A DNA stretch of 63,538 nt, the filler included, from Sphacelaria rigidula (taxonomy: Eukaryota): NCBI GenBank assembly GCA_964200075.2. It is 11 parts of 11 records of this genome, joined end to end, with 100 filler letters (N's around TTAATTAATTAA, not from the genome) between each part and the next. Parts side by side here need not be neighbours in the genome. Positions count along the whole stretch, not along the records: positions 46,285 to 51,969 come from CAXNAA020025269.1; positions 52,070 to 57,754 come from CAXNAA020025270.1; positions 57,855 to 63,538 come from CAXNAA020025271.1; 8 more parts are not named here. One strand, given 5' to 3'. The notes under the pieces were generated by a model. That model was not told the origin of the DNA, ran no database searches, and was given only the letters and a program-made list of their open reading frames with translations. The position numbers were made by a program, and so were the translations under genes. Shown here one piece after another: positions 47,500 through 60,639 of this stretch; within the stretch, counting starts at the first letter, position 1, and every line of letters begins with the position of its first letter.

Positions 47500-50430
47500 T
47501 CATGCATGGCAGCTACACCACTTGAAATTAGAATGGTCGTCTCCTCCCTCGCCATGCAACAGAGCAGTATAATGGAGGGATGAGGGAGTAAAATAGACCA
47601 CAAAAGGTAGGAGGCCTACGCAATATATATCGAGTACAACTACGGTAGGATGGGAAGGATATGCTGAAGCTAGAAAGGAGGTTGAAACGTTGGGAGACAA
47701 GAAAAGGAATGGAATTTGGGAAAAGGTAACTGATAAACCAAATGGATATTTTGATGTGATAGATATGTGGGTAGGGATAAAAGGGACACTGGGGGAAAAC
47801 GCAAGACAGGCAAGGGGATAGCTACCCTATGGGCACAGAACGGTAAAACGCCTAGTAGTTTGAAGGGGGAGATATAGGTAATAGCAGAGCACTACAGAAA
47901 ACTACGAGCATCTATAAGTAACGAGAGGCTCGACGCAGGGTTCGAGACAGAAATCAAAGTCTGGGCAGAGGAAAATGTCGAGGCATCAAAACGGGAAGAT
48001 AGTGGCCCCAACAATTTCAGAGAGAAGCGTGTAGCTGAACCCAAGAACAGAAAGGCAGTAGGAGCAGAAAAAATGCTGAATAATTTCTCAAGTGCACGGG
48101 AGAGTGAGCGGTTATCATGACGGTTATGCGGTATAATCGGAAATCGGAAAACGAGTACACACCCAAGAGGTGGAGACAAGGAGTAGCAGTCAACCTTTTC
48201 AAAAAAGGAGACAAGGCTGACCCAGGAAATTATAGTGGGATAAACAAGTACACACACAAGAGGTGGAGAGGAGTAGCAGCAAACCTTTTCAAAGTAGGAG
48301 ATAAGGCTGACACAGGGAATTTTAGTGGGATAAAGCTACTGGGCACCGCAGGGAAAACATCGTGTCAGATTCTGAACGAGACAGGGGGAAGCATGATGGA
48401 AAAGGAAGGAAAAGTCAGGGAGGGGCAAGCAGGTTTCAGACCAAACCATAGTTGCGTAGAACACGTGTACACATGAAGAAAGGACATCCAAGGTAGGAAA
48501 GACGCCGGCCTAACGACGTAGTGTTTCTTTCTGGACGTACAAAGGGCCTACGACACAGTATGGAAAAATGGGCTTTGAGAAAATGTGTGAGGAACTATGA
48601 TCAGAGGGGAATGTGGAAAATGGTGAAGAAGACGACAGAACGTGCCAAAAGTGCTATGATGCGAGACCAGGAAATATTGAAATATTTTGATATTTTTTTA
48701 ATAAGTTGCACAGGGTTGTACGTTTATCACCCTCTCTATTCAAAGAACGTATTATTTTGATTGATTTGACTTGATTGTCGCACTGTCACTGACCCCCCAC
48801 GGTTCCTGCCGTGGTCACATGGTGGACGTACAATACCAAAGGCAAAACAAGACTGAAAGACTCGCTGACGGAAAATGAGGAAAACAAGAAAACAGCACAA
48901 CAACAGAATAGGCTAAGAAAAAAGAAAAAAAATGTTCGGCCTCTTCCACATACGGCTCGAGTGGAAAAGGTCTTGCGCAGAACGACACTAATGACCTGAT
49001 GATGGTCATGGAATCAGCGAAGCAAGGAGTCAAGGTGGGGGAAGATACGGTATCGGGATTGATGTTTGCAGACGATTTTGTGGAGATATTAAAAACACCA
49101 GAAGGATTGCAGAAACAAATAGCGAAGGCGCTACTCGTAGAATACACGAGGAAATGGAGAGTGATGGCGAACGTAAACAAATGCGCGGTATGTGTATGCA
49201 ACAAAGATAAGGAAAACCTGGTAGAGTTGGAATGGACAAGGAGGGAAGAGGGGCCGCCGATCGTGGACCAGTATACATGACTTGGCGTAGAGATCTCAAA
49301 AACCTGTTCTTGGAATCTCATTTCTAAAACAAAGTAATAGAAAAGGGTATGGCACAGATAGGCAAGGTGGACGTGATCGTGAGAGACTCCCACCTGGAGA
49401 CTAGGATTAAGGTCTGTGCTTTGATGAATGTGACTGTACCAAAGCCGAAATATGCAGGAGAAGCATGGGAGGGGAATGCGAATGTGGTCAAGGAGCTGGA
49501 AATGGCACAGATGACAGCAGCTAAGAAAATGCTTGGATGCTCGAAAACGACGAGTAATACAGCATTGAGAGCAGAATTTAGAGTGCACCCACTTGAAACA
49601 AATAGAGACATGAGAAGATTGAAATGACCATAAAGCGTAAGAAGCATGCCAAGAAGGAGATTTGCCAGTCATCAGTGATAGGGCTGTATGGAAGAAAACG
49701 ACGAAAGGCAGACTAGAATAAGGTGGGATGGCGTAGTCGAGAAAGTACGGAAGTGCATGAGAGGAAACCAACACGAGTTTACGTCCATAGGTGAATGCGG
49801 GGGGTACAATACAATAAATAAGAGACATGATGGATATGAGAGAAAAAGAAGCGCTGATACGGAAAATATATGAGGAAGGGCACCTGAAGATACAAGGCGG
49901 GCTGAGAGAGGAAATAGGGGTGAAAACATATCTGCATGGCCCAATGGACGCCGCGGAAAAAAAGTGAAAACTGCGACATTGGGTGAGGGAACTCCACCTG
50001 CCAGAAAGAATATAGGGCTTCAAAAATAGTCGGGTAGAGGAGGAAGTAGATGCACAGGACTGTTAGTGTGGCAAAGCAGTAGAGAGTAGTTATCACGTAG
50101 TGGCAAAATGTGAACTATACAAGGGGGAAACGGGAAGTGCTGGGGAGGGAAATGTGGGAAGTATAGGAAGGTGACGTAAAACCGTTTCACACATTGGAGA
50201 GTAGCGAGAAAATGATCGCTATACTAGGAGCTATTATAGGTGGTAGCCACAGACGGAAGGGGATAAGATATGTAACATTTCTCGTGTGATGTATGGAAGA
50301 CACGAAATAAGCGCCGGAATGTTGGAGGCGTTTCTACCGGGAATAGGAACGGTGTTCCGTCTCGACAGGGATGCGTGGTCAATGGTCAAACAAATAAGGC
50401 AAGCAACAAGTGAGTACGCCTCCCCTCCCT
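47500..50430 (+). mobile_element. Decayed non-LTR retrotransposon (LINE) RT region and 3' end, antisense and downstream of the USP exons (probably intronic)
   Basis: WRQGVAVNLFKKGDKADPGNYSGI, QAGFRPNHSCVEH, FLDVQRAYDTVW, QGCTFITL, LMFADDFV; multiple stops and frameshifts; ~90-bp internal tandem duplication at 48152-48334. Confidence 0.9.
48756..48988 (-). mobile_element. Nested 3' fragment of a different non-LTR element/SINE with (AATCA)n tail
   Basis: Interrupts the LINE RT between LFKERI and NDLM; the minus strand ends CAATCAAGTCAAATCAATCAAAA, preceded by the hairpin CCACGGCAGGAACCGTGG. Confidence 0.7.
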
Positions 50431-50713
50431 CCCTGCCATCGTTGTGGCGGAAATAAAAACGGAAATATGGTGCCGATTCGAACAGGTGTGGGATGCCTCG
50501 GGTACTAGTCGTCAGTCCTATCTGGATGCAATTTCAGGCGACCACATACACGATGACGAAATCAGCAACACCAGTTCGACGCTGGAAAAAGACATGGGTA
50601 CATGTGAGCAATCGTGTCACTACAATACCACACTACATAATGTGCCATACCGTTGAAGAAAACACAACGAACGGTGCGAATTAAATGGGGGAAAGCAGCC
50701 ATACACATACGCC

Positions 50714-50870
50714 TGATGATGATGAATACGATTATTATGATATTATGGTATGGTGATGTGATAATAAAAATATGATGAGATGATGAGATGATATCATCAT
50801 AATATGATCATACGATAATATCATGATATGATGATATGTGACAACATATCATCACCATATTATGATCATC
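50714..50870. repeat. Degenerate (GAT/ATC)n low-complexity tract
   Basis: Run of TGATGA/ATATGA/ATCATC units. Confidence 0.85.
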
Positions 50871-51073
50871 ATTTCCGTCACTTCGGTCGATCTCGCTAAC
50901 CCGTGGTTATATGATCGGATATCTCCAGGAACCTGCCATTTTTGTCCATCCCGTGAGGAAATGCTCGAGCTCTTCCCGGCAAAAGATCAAAACCATCCGT
51001 GTCATTCCATCGTTCATGAGCATCAACTTTCTCGCCACGCCCGTTGTCATGTTTGTAACGCACGCGTCCTTAC

Positions 51074-51253
51074 CCCTATCTGGAGTTCCAGCTCGTTGAA
51101 GGGAGCCATTCGTTCGGAGGCATTATTACAGGCGAGACAGCGCGTGACGTACGCAAGTTCGCCGGAGAACAGTCCGCTCACTAGCCCTGGAAGCGGCGCT
51201 GCGCTGCGCTGTAGGCAATGATGTAGGAGGTCCATGAGGAGCTTGTTGAATTC
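51074..51253 (-). CDS. USP48: Ubiquitin-specific protease (peptidase C19, USP48/UBP26-like), internal exon
   Basis: AACCAG| EFNKLLMDLL..LVSGLFSGELAYVTRCLACNNASERMAPFNELELQIG |GTAAGG; LFxG..CxxC..FxELEL USP boxes. Confidence 0.85.
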
Positions 51254-51750
51254 CTGGTTAAACAGACAAGTGATGAAGAGAAAACGTACAGGATAGGTAC
51301 GGAGGTAAAGTTGCCTTGAATTGTTTTTTTAGTCAGGATCGCGGGGGGAGGGGGCGATGAGGAGGGAAACAAGCAGCACATGGAAGTATGCATTGCCAGT
51401 TTGAGGTTTCTGCTCGTGGATTTTTCATTGAGTACAGTAGCGTACCGTCAGGCACTATACTGAGGTGACATACGAGCTCAATCGAACAGTCTCAAGAGCT
51501 GTAGCGAAATGCTTCACGTGATGAATCCCTCAATGGACTGAGAAACTGTGACAAAGGCATCGCTGGGACTAAAACGATTCAGCGCAGGGGGGAAATCACC
51601 CATGTGCGCGGTTGGAGCACTGCCGTACCTGTATCTTACGGAATCAATTCAACAATCTGTGGCTACCTACAAAAAAACAAGAGAAACCGAAAGGTGCGGG
51701 GCAAAATCGTGCAACTGTTCGTGCTACGAGGAAAACGACTCCTCTCTCGC

Positions 51751-51861
51751 CTGTGGATCTTGCTGGATGCCCTTGTCGATACCCAGAAGGTTTGCGAACC
51801 GGGCAGGGTCACACACCTTAGCACTTCCGGCTTGCATGTGACCGAACACACGTTGAAGCTC
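51751..51861 (-). CDS. USP48: Ubiquitin-specific protease (USP48/UBP26-like), internal exon with GC donor
   Basis: GGCAG| ELQRVFGHMQAGSAKVCDPARFANLLGIDKGIQQDPQ |GCGAGA; splicing rebuilds the QQDxxEF box. Confidence 0.85.
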
Positions 51862-52198
51862 CTGCCAGAGCCATAGAGCAGCCAGCACAAGGAGACATGA
51901 CGCCGTTTGGGGGGAGGGGGTGTACTCATGATGATGCATGCCATAGTCATCAGACCATTGACCTCGCATNNNNNNNNNNNNNNNNNNNNNNNNNNNNNNN
52001 NNNNNNNNNNNNNTTAATTAATTAANNNNNNNNNNNNNNNNNNNNNNNNNNNNNNNNNNNNNNNNNNNNAGTATTTTCCGGATCAAGCTTCGGCTTCTGC
52101 ACGTAGCATCACCTGGTGTCACGCTCCTTTGATTAGAGCCGCAGACCAGACATACTGCACCTTCCTTTTTAAGAAAAAAACAGAAGCTTACGCTCATC

Positions 52199-55100
52199 AT
52201 GTCGCACAAAAATAACGCTGGCTCTTCCCCTCAATTGGGAACCAAACCGCTTCGCCGGACCCGGAGTCAAACTACTGGCGGTTCGAAATCTTTCAAGGTG
52301 AGCGGCACGCCACCTTCAACACATCGCCGCACGTACGCGATCGCTGTTCGTTCTTCGGGATCTGAAGACCAACATTCGAGCGAAGCTCATTCTTCAACAC
52401 CTGAAGACCAGACTTTGACACCGAGACCTGTTCTCTCACGTTCCGGCTCGGACTCAGGGAGCATGGTAGTGCACCCGGCCGAGTCATTGATTCCTGACGC
52501 GTATGTCAGTGAGCCCATGACGGTGGATTCTGTCGCCCACCCCTCGCTGGCCCCTGCTCCCCCGAATCCCAATGTGGAATCCGGAGTTAGGATTGTGCCG
52601 TCAGTCGAGTCGTTGCCCCTGGACACACGTGTCCAGCTCGGCCCTGCCACGGTTGCTTCAACCGTGGCACCCCGTCGCTTGACGGCTGATAACTCTCGAG
52701 ACGATTCTGTCCCGACGAAGCGCATCGCTTCTGGAGCAAGAGACTTTGTCACACGGGCTGCTTCCGTTACGGACCCCCTTCGCACGACTCTTGATAGTCC
52801 TATGCGCCCTACTGCGCAGTCCAATGTCGGACCTGCAGTTGCGGCCATGCATGCTGCCATGCAAACTCTGCATGGCACCTCCTCGGCGTCATCGCCATCG
52901 CCAGCGCCAGCTCTCATCGAGGCATTTACGGCTTTTTGCCACGCCACGCTCCAAGTCCAGTCGGCGTCTGCTCATGTGCCATTCAATAATGATTCTGCAC
53001 CTGCCATGCCCTTACCCGTACGTCTGGCGACCCGTTCGGCGACATCGCGTCCTCCGTTCGTCACTCATGATAAATTCAAAGAACATGAGTCCAGCCCTTC
53101 CTCAACGTCGCAACAGAGCCATACTCGTGCTTCTGACCGGCGCCGCACACCGAAACTTGGTCATGACCATGTCTCCCGTTCTAGCAGTTCTAAGGGCCAC
53201 TCCCAGCAAAGCTTGAATTCATCGCGCGCTTCCCCACGCCCGAAGAATATCGCTCATGGACACAAATATGAAAGTAGTTCACGCCATACTTCCAATTCAT
53301 CTCGCGCTCCAAAGCGCCCGATGAATGCTAACCACGGCCGTACTCACGAGGATGCCTTGCGGCCCAGATCAAGTTCTTCGCGCGTTGACTCGCGTTCGAA
53401 CAACTCCGATCATGCACCTTCGCGCATCTCTACTGCTCAGCCTTTGTCACGCAACCGTTATGTACGCAATGATAACACGGTACATGCTGACGATATCCAA
53501 AACATATTTTCGGACATGTCACCGACCCCGGAATCCTCACTTGCAGGATCCGACCGCACCTCATCGCACAGACGACGACAACGCACTAACCGCGAACCAC
53601 CGTCTCGTTCCGACGCTGCGCTTTTTCGTTCTCTGCAACAACGTTTGACAGATCTTGAACGACAACTGGCAACAGCAACCATGGACACCAAAGGCACTAC
53701 CGCTGCTACTAAGCCTACGAGGGAGACCACCAACGCCGCTCCCACTACCGCCGCAGCTGCCACTACCGAGGTCACTGCGCCTTCTGCAGCAGCCACTGCA
53801 GCCACGGTCCCAACTCCTGCTGCCGCCCAGCTTTCAGTAGACACTGATGCGGACAGTGGTCCCACCACTGCCCCTGTCGGGGACGTCTCCGAGCGCTCGC
53901 CTCCTTCGGTGGAGGATCTTCCTCCGCTCGGCGTCGAGCATTGCCCCGCCGGGCTTCTCTTGCGATTGTTCCAGGACCGCCCCCGCGCGGAACAAGAACG
54001 GCTCATTCAAGACTACAAGCTCCAAGCCCCGGCGCTAACTCGCAGTCTACTCGACCAGCAACGCAATGCTGACGAGGCTGCCGCCCACCTCCTTTTGGAG
54101 GAACATGCTGCCAAGCTGAAGGATTTTCAGCGACAGGCTTCACTCGCCCAAGCCACCAAGACGGCGGCGCACAGAGCATTGCAGGAAGGGGAGACTGCAG
54201 CCTTGACGGCACAAAGGAGGGTTCGCGAGCTACAAGAGCATGTTCTGCGGACTACGCAAGAAGCTGATTCGTCGATGGCGCGGGTGGCTCACCATCAAGC
54301 CTCCCCGCCGCCTTCTGCCGACCACTTGCTTGAAGCTCGACCCCCTCGACAGCCCACGCCCACCAGGTCGGACTACGTGATACCACATACGTCCGACAGG
54401 GCGTCCTCTGTAGCAACCGCCGCCCCCACGCCGCCTCGTGCACCTGGCCCGGCGGTCACTGCCAGCCCCACCACACGCTTGTAACTTGCTTCACACGAAT
54501 ACGTATGGCTTTCTCGGTCTGCAGCCGATTATACCGGCCCCTTTCACCGAAATAATCACCTGCACTGTTCCCGCCACGCTTGGAACATCATCTCGCAACG
54601 CATGTTGGCCGTTATTGGCGGCTATGTGGAACAGGGCGGCTTCTTCCCTGATGACGGCGTGTCGGCGATCACCTTGGGCCAACTGGTCCTCCAGGCGACA
54701 ATCGGCGATAGTCTGAATCTCCACCGGTACGTCGACACTGTCACCAAGCTTTTTGCGGCGCTACACGCCGCTTCTAGCTCTGATCCCGCCGCGCCTCTCC
54801 GCGACGATAACGAAGATGAGGATGGGTGGACCACCACGACTTCCAATTGCCGGGGTCACAAGAAGATTCACCGTCGCGATGAGGACGACAACAATGGCGG
54901 AAATTCACGCCGCCGCCATGGCGGTGGAGGATCCTCTTCGGGCGGCTCCGGATCAAACCGCCCGCCCCGCAAGCCGAAAGGCAAGTACACCGGAGGCAAC
55001 TCTTCCGGCTCATCCGCATCGGCCTGGAACCGGTCCGGTGCAGCTCTTCCCGCCTCGGGCTCGGAGACCCCCAGGCAAGTAATTCCCAAGTTGGCTGATG

Positions 55101-57754
55101 TTTCGGCCCGCATTTTAGGTTTGTCCGATACGGATACACCTGACCGTCCTTTGTCTTCTACTGCAGCCCGCGCTATAGCAACCGCCGCGGCTGACAAAGA
55201 ACGTTCGGAAGCTAGCAAAAAAGCAGCTTCCGATAGAGCTGAGTCTGCCCGACTAGCTGCAATACAGAGACAGTATATTCAGATGGATGTGAAAAAAATC
55301 TGGCACATAAAAACCATGCCTGCCGCGGATGACGAAGATTCGGGCCAGTTTACTTCTGCCCTCATCACGTCCATCCGCCGCACTGTTTGTAACATCCTTC
55401 ACTTGGCGGATGTGACTGGCACACAACGTTCGAAGACTCAGACTGGGTAGAGGGCTGGCAGACTCCCTTGCACAAAGCAATGCATCGATCGATCAGCCGC
55501 CGCTCTCCCGACCTCGCTGCTTCTTTGACGCAGGTGCTCGACGAATTCCTCGCCGAGATGGATCCAGATCGTTCCCAAGGGAAGACAGGCCCGCAATTAC
55601 TCTCTGATTTGGAAAGGCGTCTCATAAATTACTTTGACAAAAGTAATCAAGCCAGCGTCATCCAGAGGCTGAGTTCTTTTGTCGTCGCATCTGATGTCCC
55701 CTTCGCGGATTACCTCCGCGAATTTAAGCTTTTGGTTTCGGGTACGACGGGTGTCGGACGCCAGACTGGACCGAGCGATGCAATGTGTCAGACTTACGTT
55801 CGCAATAGCCTTGCTCAACAGTATCCGGCTCTGATGCCGTCGTTGTTTCCGGGTGTCTTGGCGCGTCGCGAGGTGCCTTACGCCTCCGTTGATACTATGT
55901 GGTTTGCTTTTGTACACCAGGAGAGTAATCTAACACCTGCCAAACGTGGCAAACCTTCAACGTCTTCGCGTTCACAACCTACGGTTGTGTCCTCCGCTCA
56001 TGCCCCAGGGGCTCGCGGCAGGAATTCGAGTTTGTCTCGCGCTTCATGGACCCCCGACTCAGTCGCCGATTTAGCGCGAGTTTTGACGGTTGACCGTTTT
56101 CCGAGGAAACTTGGAATGGTGTTTATCTGACTTCAACCACGGTATTCATAACCGATGACCCCCATTTGTGGAACCCACTTCTTTCGTCTTCTGCTAGACG
56201 CAATGCCTTCAGCAGTCATGCCAACAGTTGTATCAACTGTAGTGTTCAAGGCCACAGCATGCGCGATTGTGACAGGCCATGCATCAATGCCTTTGATCTC
56301 ATGAACCCTGAATTGCAGGACAATGAACCCACGTGGCGCCGATGGCAAAAACGCATGCGCGATTATCGTCCACCAACTCGAAATTATCCCAGCAATTCGA
56401 ACCAACGTGGCAACAAAAGCTCTAATCGCGGTCGCCGACACAACAACAATCACGGAAACCCTCGCCAGAACGATCAAAATTCTCGCGACAACAAACGTTC
56501 CGCTGATAGACACCAGCGGACGGGACCGACACAAAGTTCTAATCCCAACACCAGAAACCCTGGTACCTTCACTTCGGATCGCTTAGATCCATGACATGCC
56601 GACGCCGGCGGTCTTCGGTCTTCCACGCCGTCGATAGCAGCACGAGCGAAGACTTTTTCAACACAGCCCGAGGAGTCCGTGTCAAAAATTGCTCACTCGA
56701 CTGCCCCAGTACTATCCAGGAGGGTAACTGACGGCCGTTCATATCGACCCCCGTCTCGAACCTGGACACAATTTTCAACACAGCCCACGGAGCCCGCGAC
56801 TAAGATTGTCCGCCCGGCTCTCCCGGCACTATGCAGGAGTGCATCTGACGGCCGTTCAAACCGACCCCCGTCCTCATCCCTCCACACTCCGCGTGACAGT
56901 CGTGTCACCCCGCGACTCAGATCTACACCCGGCACTGAACTTGGTCCTTCAGTATCAAGTATAAGTCTGAGGTGTGGGAAGACCGACCGCCAGTCCCTGA
57001 GGCAAAGGCTTCCCTCAGCGACCGCATGCACAGGTAGCAGCAAGCCTTTTTCAGCTGACCCAAGTGTTGCTGATTTGAACCTGACCACATCGGATCACAT
57101 AATTCCCAATCAGTTCGATCGGGCTCCTTTCCCGCGTTTTTTAAAACGCGCGGACCTATCTTCGGCCGGTTTTATTAACAACCGCCCCAACATATCTTCG
57201 GCTATGCCCCAACAGCCAAACTTGCCTACGGAAAGCAGCCCACAAGTTTCGCTCCGTCATGCCCCGATGCTGACTCCATCCACGCAACTGGACGCAGTTG
57301 TGGTATCATCCCCAAATGTTTTGGAAGTTCCCCGACCCTTGTCACGGCGAAAGAGAAAGCCCCGTAAGCATGCCCCCAAGAACGCGCGTGCATCGTCACG
57401 TACATCTCTCTCGAGCGGAAATCCTCGACCACAATCTCTCCAAAATGCGACGACTTTGAGCTCGATGGCTCTATCAAGTATCCCGGAAGAAACAAATCAC
57501 ATGATTCTGACGGCACTACTTCTTCAATCGAAGACTCCAGCCCCGCACATCCTGGATCCCCCTTTGACGGTGATCCCTGTCAACCAAAGACGATAATTTA
57601 CGAAATCGCCCATGACCGTGCCACACCTGGAAATAATATACCGTCCACCGCCTTCTCTGGTGAGACATCTAACCCACCGGCGGATCATCCGCCGTGCGTT
57701 TTTGCTGTCAGCCCCGCTGATCCTGACCAGTTTACCTTGCCGGAAGAGTCATCC
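52199..57754 (+). mobile_element. Ty3/Gypsy-type retrotransposon 5' part: very long gag (52199-56594, disrupted) plus downstream low-complexity ORF
   Basis: 55440-56594 is homologous to the gag at 21706-23044 (GWQTPLHKA/GWSRPLHRA; PFADYLREFK/PFDQYLKDFR; QYPALMPSLF/KYPSLMPSVF; DPHLW/DPPLW); CX2CX4HX4C knuckle at 56229-56270; one in-frame TAA (54482) and frameshifts near 55420 and 56090. Confidence 0.85.
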
Positions 57755-57882
57755 NNNNNNNNNNNNNNNNNNNNNNNNNNNNNNNNNNNNNNNNNNNNTT
57801 AATTAATTAANNNNNNNNNNNNNNNNNNNNNNNNNNNNNNNNNNNNNNNNNNNNCCCCCGGTTCACAACGCCGCTGACAAAC

Positions 57883-58212
57883 CTGAATGCCCAGACGAAC
57901 TGGGAACCCTGCGCGGGCCACGCGCACAACTTCTAGTACCCCCGCGTTTCTCAGCTGCTCCGCGATGCGCCCGTAAGTAAAGTTGGCCGGCTTCAGCTCA
58001 TCGTTGGGCTTGATCGTACGCACGTAGTGCGGGTGTGTCTTGTCCACCGTGGCCACCAGATTGTTCAGGTTCTCGCGGAACTGAGCACCCAGAGACTTGG
58101 CTCCGATGGTGGTGCGGCGACCCCGACCGCGAGCGCTGCTTCCCTTTGAGCCGCCGTCGCCTTGCACCGAGGGACCGCTTTCTGACCTTCGGGCTTTACT
58201 CTTCGACTGCTG
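57883..58212 (-). CDS. Myosin motor domain exon (loop 2, actin-binding, SH helix)
   Basis: SLGAQFRENLNNLVATVDKTHPHYVRTIKPN..EQLRNAGVLEVVRVARAGFPVR; CAG acceptor (tandem CAGCAGCAG), donor CAG|GTTTGT. Confidence 0.92.
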
Positions 58213-59394
58213 CTGTGGCGGGCGGAGGAAGCCGAAAAAAATTGTTTGCAAGCCTTCTTGTTTGTGTGTTTGTTCGTCTTGTTTTTGAACCGGGTAATGA
58301 TCTCTCCTGTGAGATGCCAGACCAGAGGGTGCGTGTGTAATTGGGGGATGTTCCTACTTAGGTTGTAGATTTGTTGTGAGCAGGGGGGGAAGGGGGGGGG
58401 GGGTAAATTTTACTCCGGAATATGATAGTATTAGAGGGTGCGTGTTTCGGGCGTATTACGATTTGGGTTTTGCATTTGTCAACTGGGTATCAGGCAGCGT
58501 ACTGTGGAAGTGGCAAAGGGGTAGGTCTTTATAGATGCTGCTGCTTTTGTGTGGGTGGGATATAATAGCGGCGAGCCATCAGTTCACAAGACGAGATTCG
58601 CAAAAAGATGGTGAGTTCTATTCGCTCCGCGCGACTCTTTCGTTACACAGGCTTAGGCGTCCTCGTTTTGACAAAAAAAATACCCAGAGTAGACCAAACC
58701 GACGTCAAAATGGATTTCATATGATGACGGGAAAAGGGGGGATAGGGTGGGGGTGGTCGCTCAACAACAAGATCATGTGTACAATTTCTTCAAGTTCATC
58801 GTCTCCGTCAATCCATTTCCTCTTTCCCCGTAACCTCTCTTACATTGCTCTGGGTCTTCGACACACCGACCACACATGCACATTCAAGTATGAAAAAAAA
58901 AAACATGGCAGAGATCGTCTTTCCTCCGAGTTGGCATAGCGGTGGACGCGACGTAGATCAGATTGTGGGTACCAATGCCCATTGCTGCACGCGAATGAGA
59001 GCCTATTGCGACAAACATCTTTGCGCAGTCCCGCTCGTCTGCGACGTTTCCGGGCCACCCTTCACTGTTCCCTTGAAGATAGAGAGAGTCATCTTTATAA
59101 ACTGGAACATGACAATTGATGACAATGGTAACAAAAGTAAAGTGCGTACAGTATCGACTGTTGCGTCTACTGCAACAGACTAAATCCCATTTTTCACGTT
59201 GGGCACTGTTCACGAATGTAATCCATTGTCATTATCCAACGTTATATATTTCCAGTTGTCCACCTAGGGGTGTACACGCCCATCTTGAGCACTTACCACA
59301 GCTGGGTTCCTGTAATAGTGGACCACCTAATGTGTGAGAGATAATCAGCCAATTAAAACAACGACAGTCACCAATCATGCTACTCTCATCGTAC

Positions 59395-59661
59395 CGTGTT
59401 AGACTTAGACTCGATCTCTCCCATGAGCACCGTGAAGCGAGAGCCCGACGACAGCAGCATGTCCACGCCTTCCTGCTGGAGAGTATCTCTGTTCTTCTCG
59501 ATGATGCCGTCCGTGCTGTACACCACCTTCCCCGCGTAGTGCTGAATGCAGAACTGGTGATCTACGCGCATCTTGGGGGCTAGCTCGAAGCGGGCGTGAC
59601 CCTCACATTTCTTGTACATTTCACGCGCGAAGCGGTCGTCGGTAGATCTCCCCAACAGACA
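59395..59661 (-). CDS. Myosin motor domain exon
   Basis: CLLGRSTDDRF..FCIQHYAGKVVY..EKNRD; TTGCAG| and |GTACGA, 267 nt. Confidence 0.93.
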
Positions 59662-60099
59662 CTGCAAAGGGGAAAAAAAAAGAAGAAGACAAGACAAGAT
59701 GAGATAGGAGAGGGACGAAACATGATATCGAGTTGAGTGTCGCCAAGTGGCTGTAGATAGCGGACACAAATGAAAAGGGCGTACAGTGCGTTCATTCCTA
59801 CATGTACAGTACCGCCTTCAAGTGGTTCGGAGTTACACGTTGGTACTTCATACACATGCTGGACATAGTCTTCATATTTGCGGCGGGGGGGGGGGGGGGG
59901 GGAAACGCTTGGAATTGGGGGCCGGAGCTCCATTACTTCGAAAAATCTGTTTTTTTTTTTTCCAACAATTACGCCGAATGGGCGCTGAGAACAAGGCTTC
60001 CTCGACAAACAAGCCATCCTTGAGCGCGCGTGTGTTGTGGTACTTACTGCAAGGACGTGCGGCAAAACTATCTGAAAACAGCAAAGGAGAGGGCATCAC

Positions 60100-60216
60100 C
60101 TGCTCGTCGAGGGTAGGAATGATGCCATTCGGTTTCCGGTCGATGAGCTCGATGCAATCCTTGTTGTCCGGGAATTCGATGAAGGTCCACTGGATCTTTT
60201 CTCGTTCATATTCCTC
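60100..60216 (-). CDS. Myosin motor domain exon
   Basis: EEYEREKIQWTFIEFPDNKDCIELID..GIIPTLDEQ; canonical AG/GT, 117 nt. Confidence 0.93.
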
Positions 60217-60639
60217 CTGCAAATCCACACAAACAAGAGTTCAAGTAGGGCAACAAAAAGTTTTACCGCTCTTGCTCCTCTCTTCCGTCACATACTGCGG
60301 AAGTAACAACCAACGTACGGTGGCTCCAGCGCACGCAAAATGGACGTCTTTTCTTCACCGTTCTCTTTTTGCATAAACATCCCACCAGCGGACTAGGGGA
60401 ATTAAATACTACGAGGCTACCTGGTAGGCCTTTTAACAAACAAGTGTGTTTTTTTAGCTCAGTCTTCATCGCATTGAGGACCCAGGATATTGCCACAAAG
60501 TAAAACTGCTGCTATTTTTCGAAGTCTCTCATCGTGCATTTTCATATCAAATGCAGCGCATTGTACGTCACGATGGAAACCTAGTGAAAAGAAATAAAAT
60601 GGCGACATAGTGGGAAGGGAGGGGATTGTTGTGCAGCAC

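Noticed and set aside
48815..50023. 402-aa minus-strand ORF
   Set aside because: Antisense shadow of the purine-rich LINE; no recognisable motifs; it also runs into the nested insertion
5687..57854. Regularly spaced TTAATTAATTAA motif resembling a periodic repeat or CRISPR-like array
   Set aside because: Synthetic six-frame-stop linker embedded in Ns
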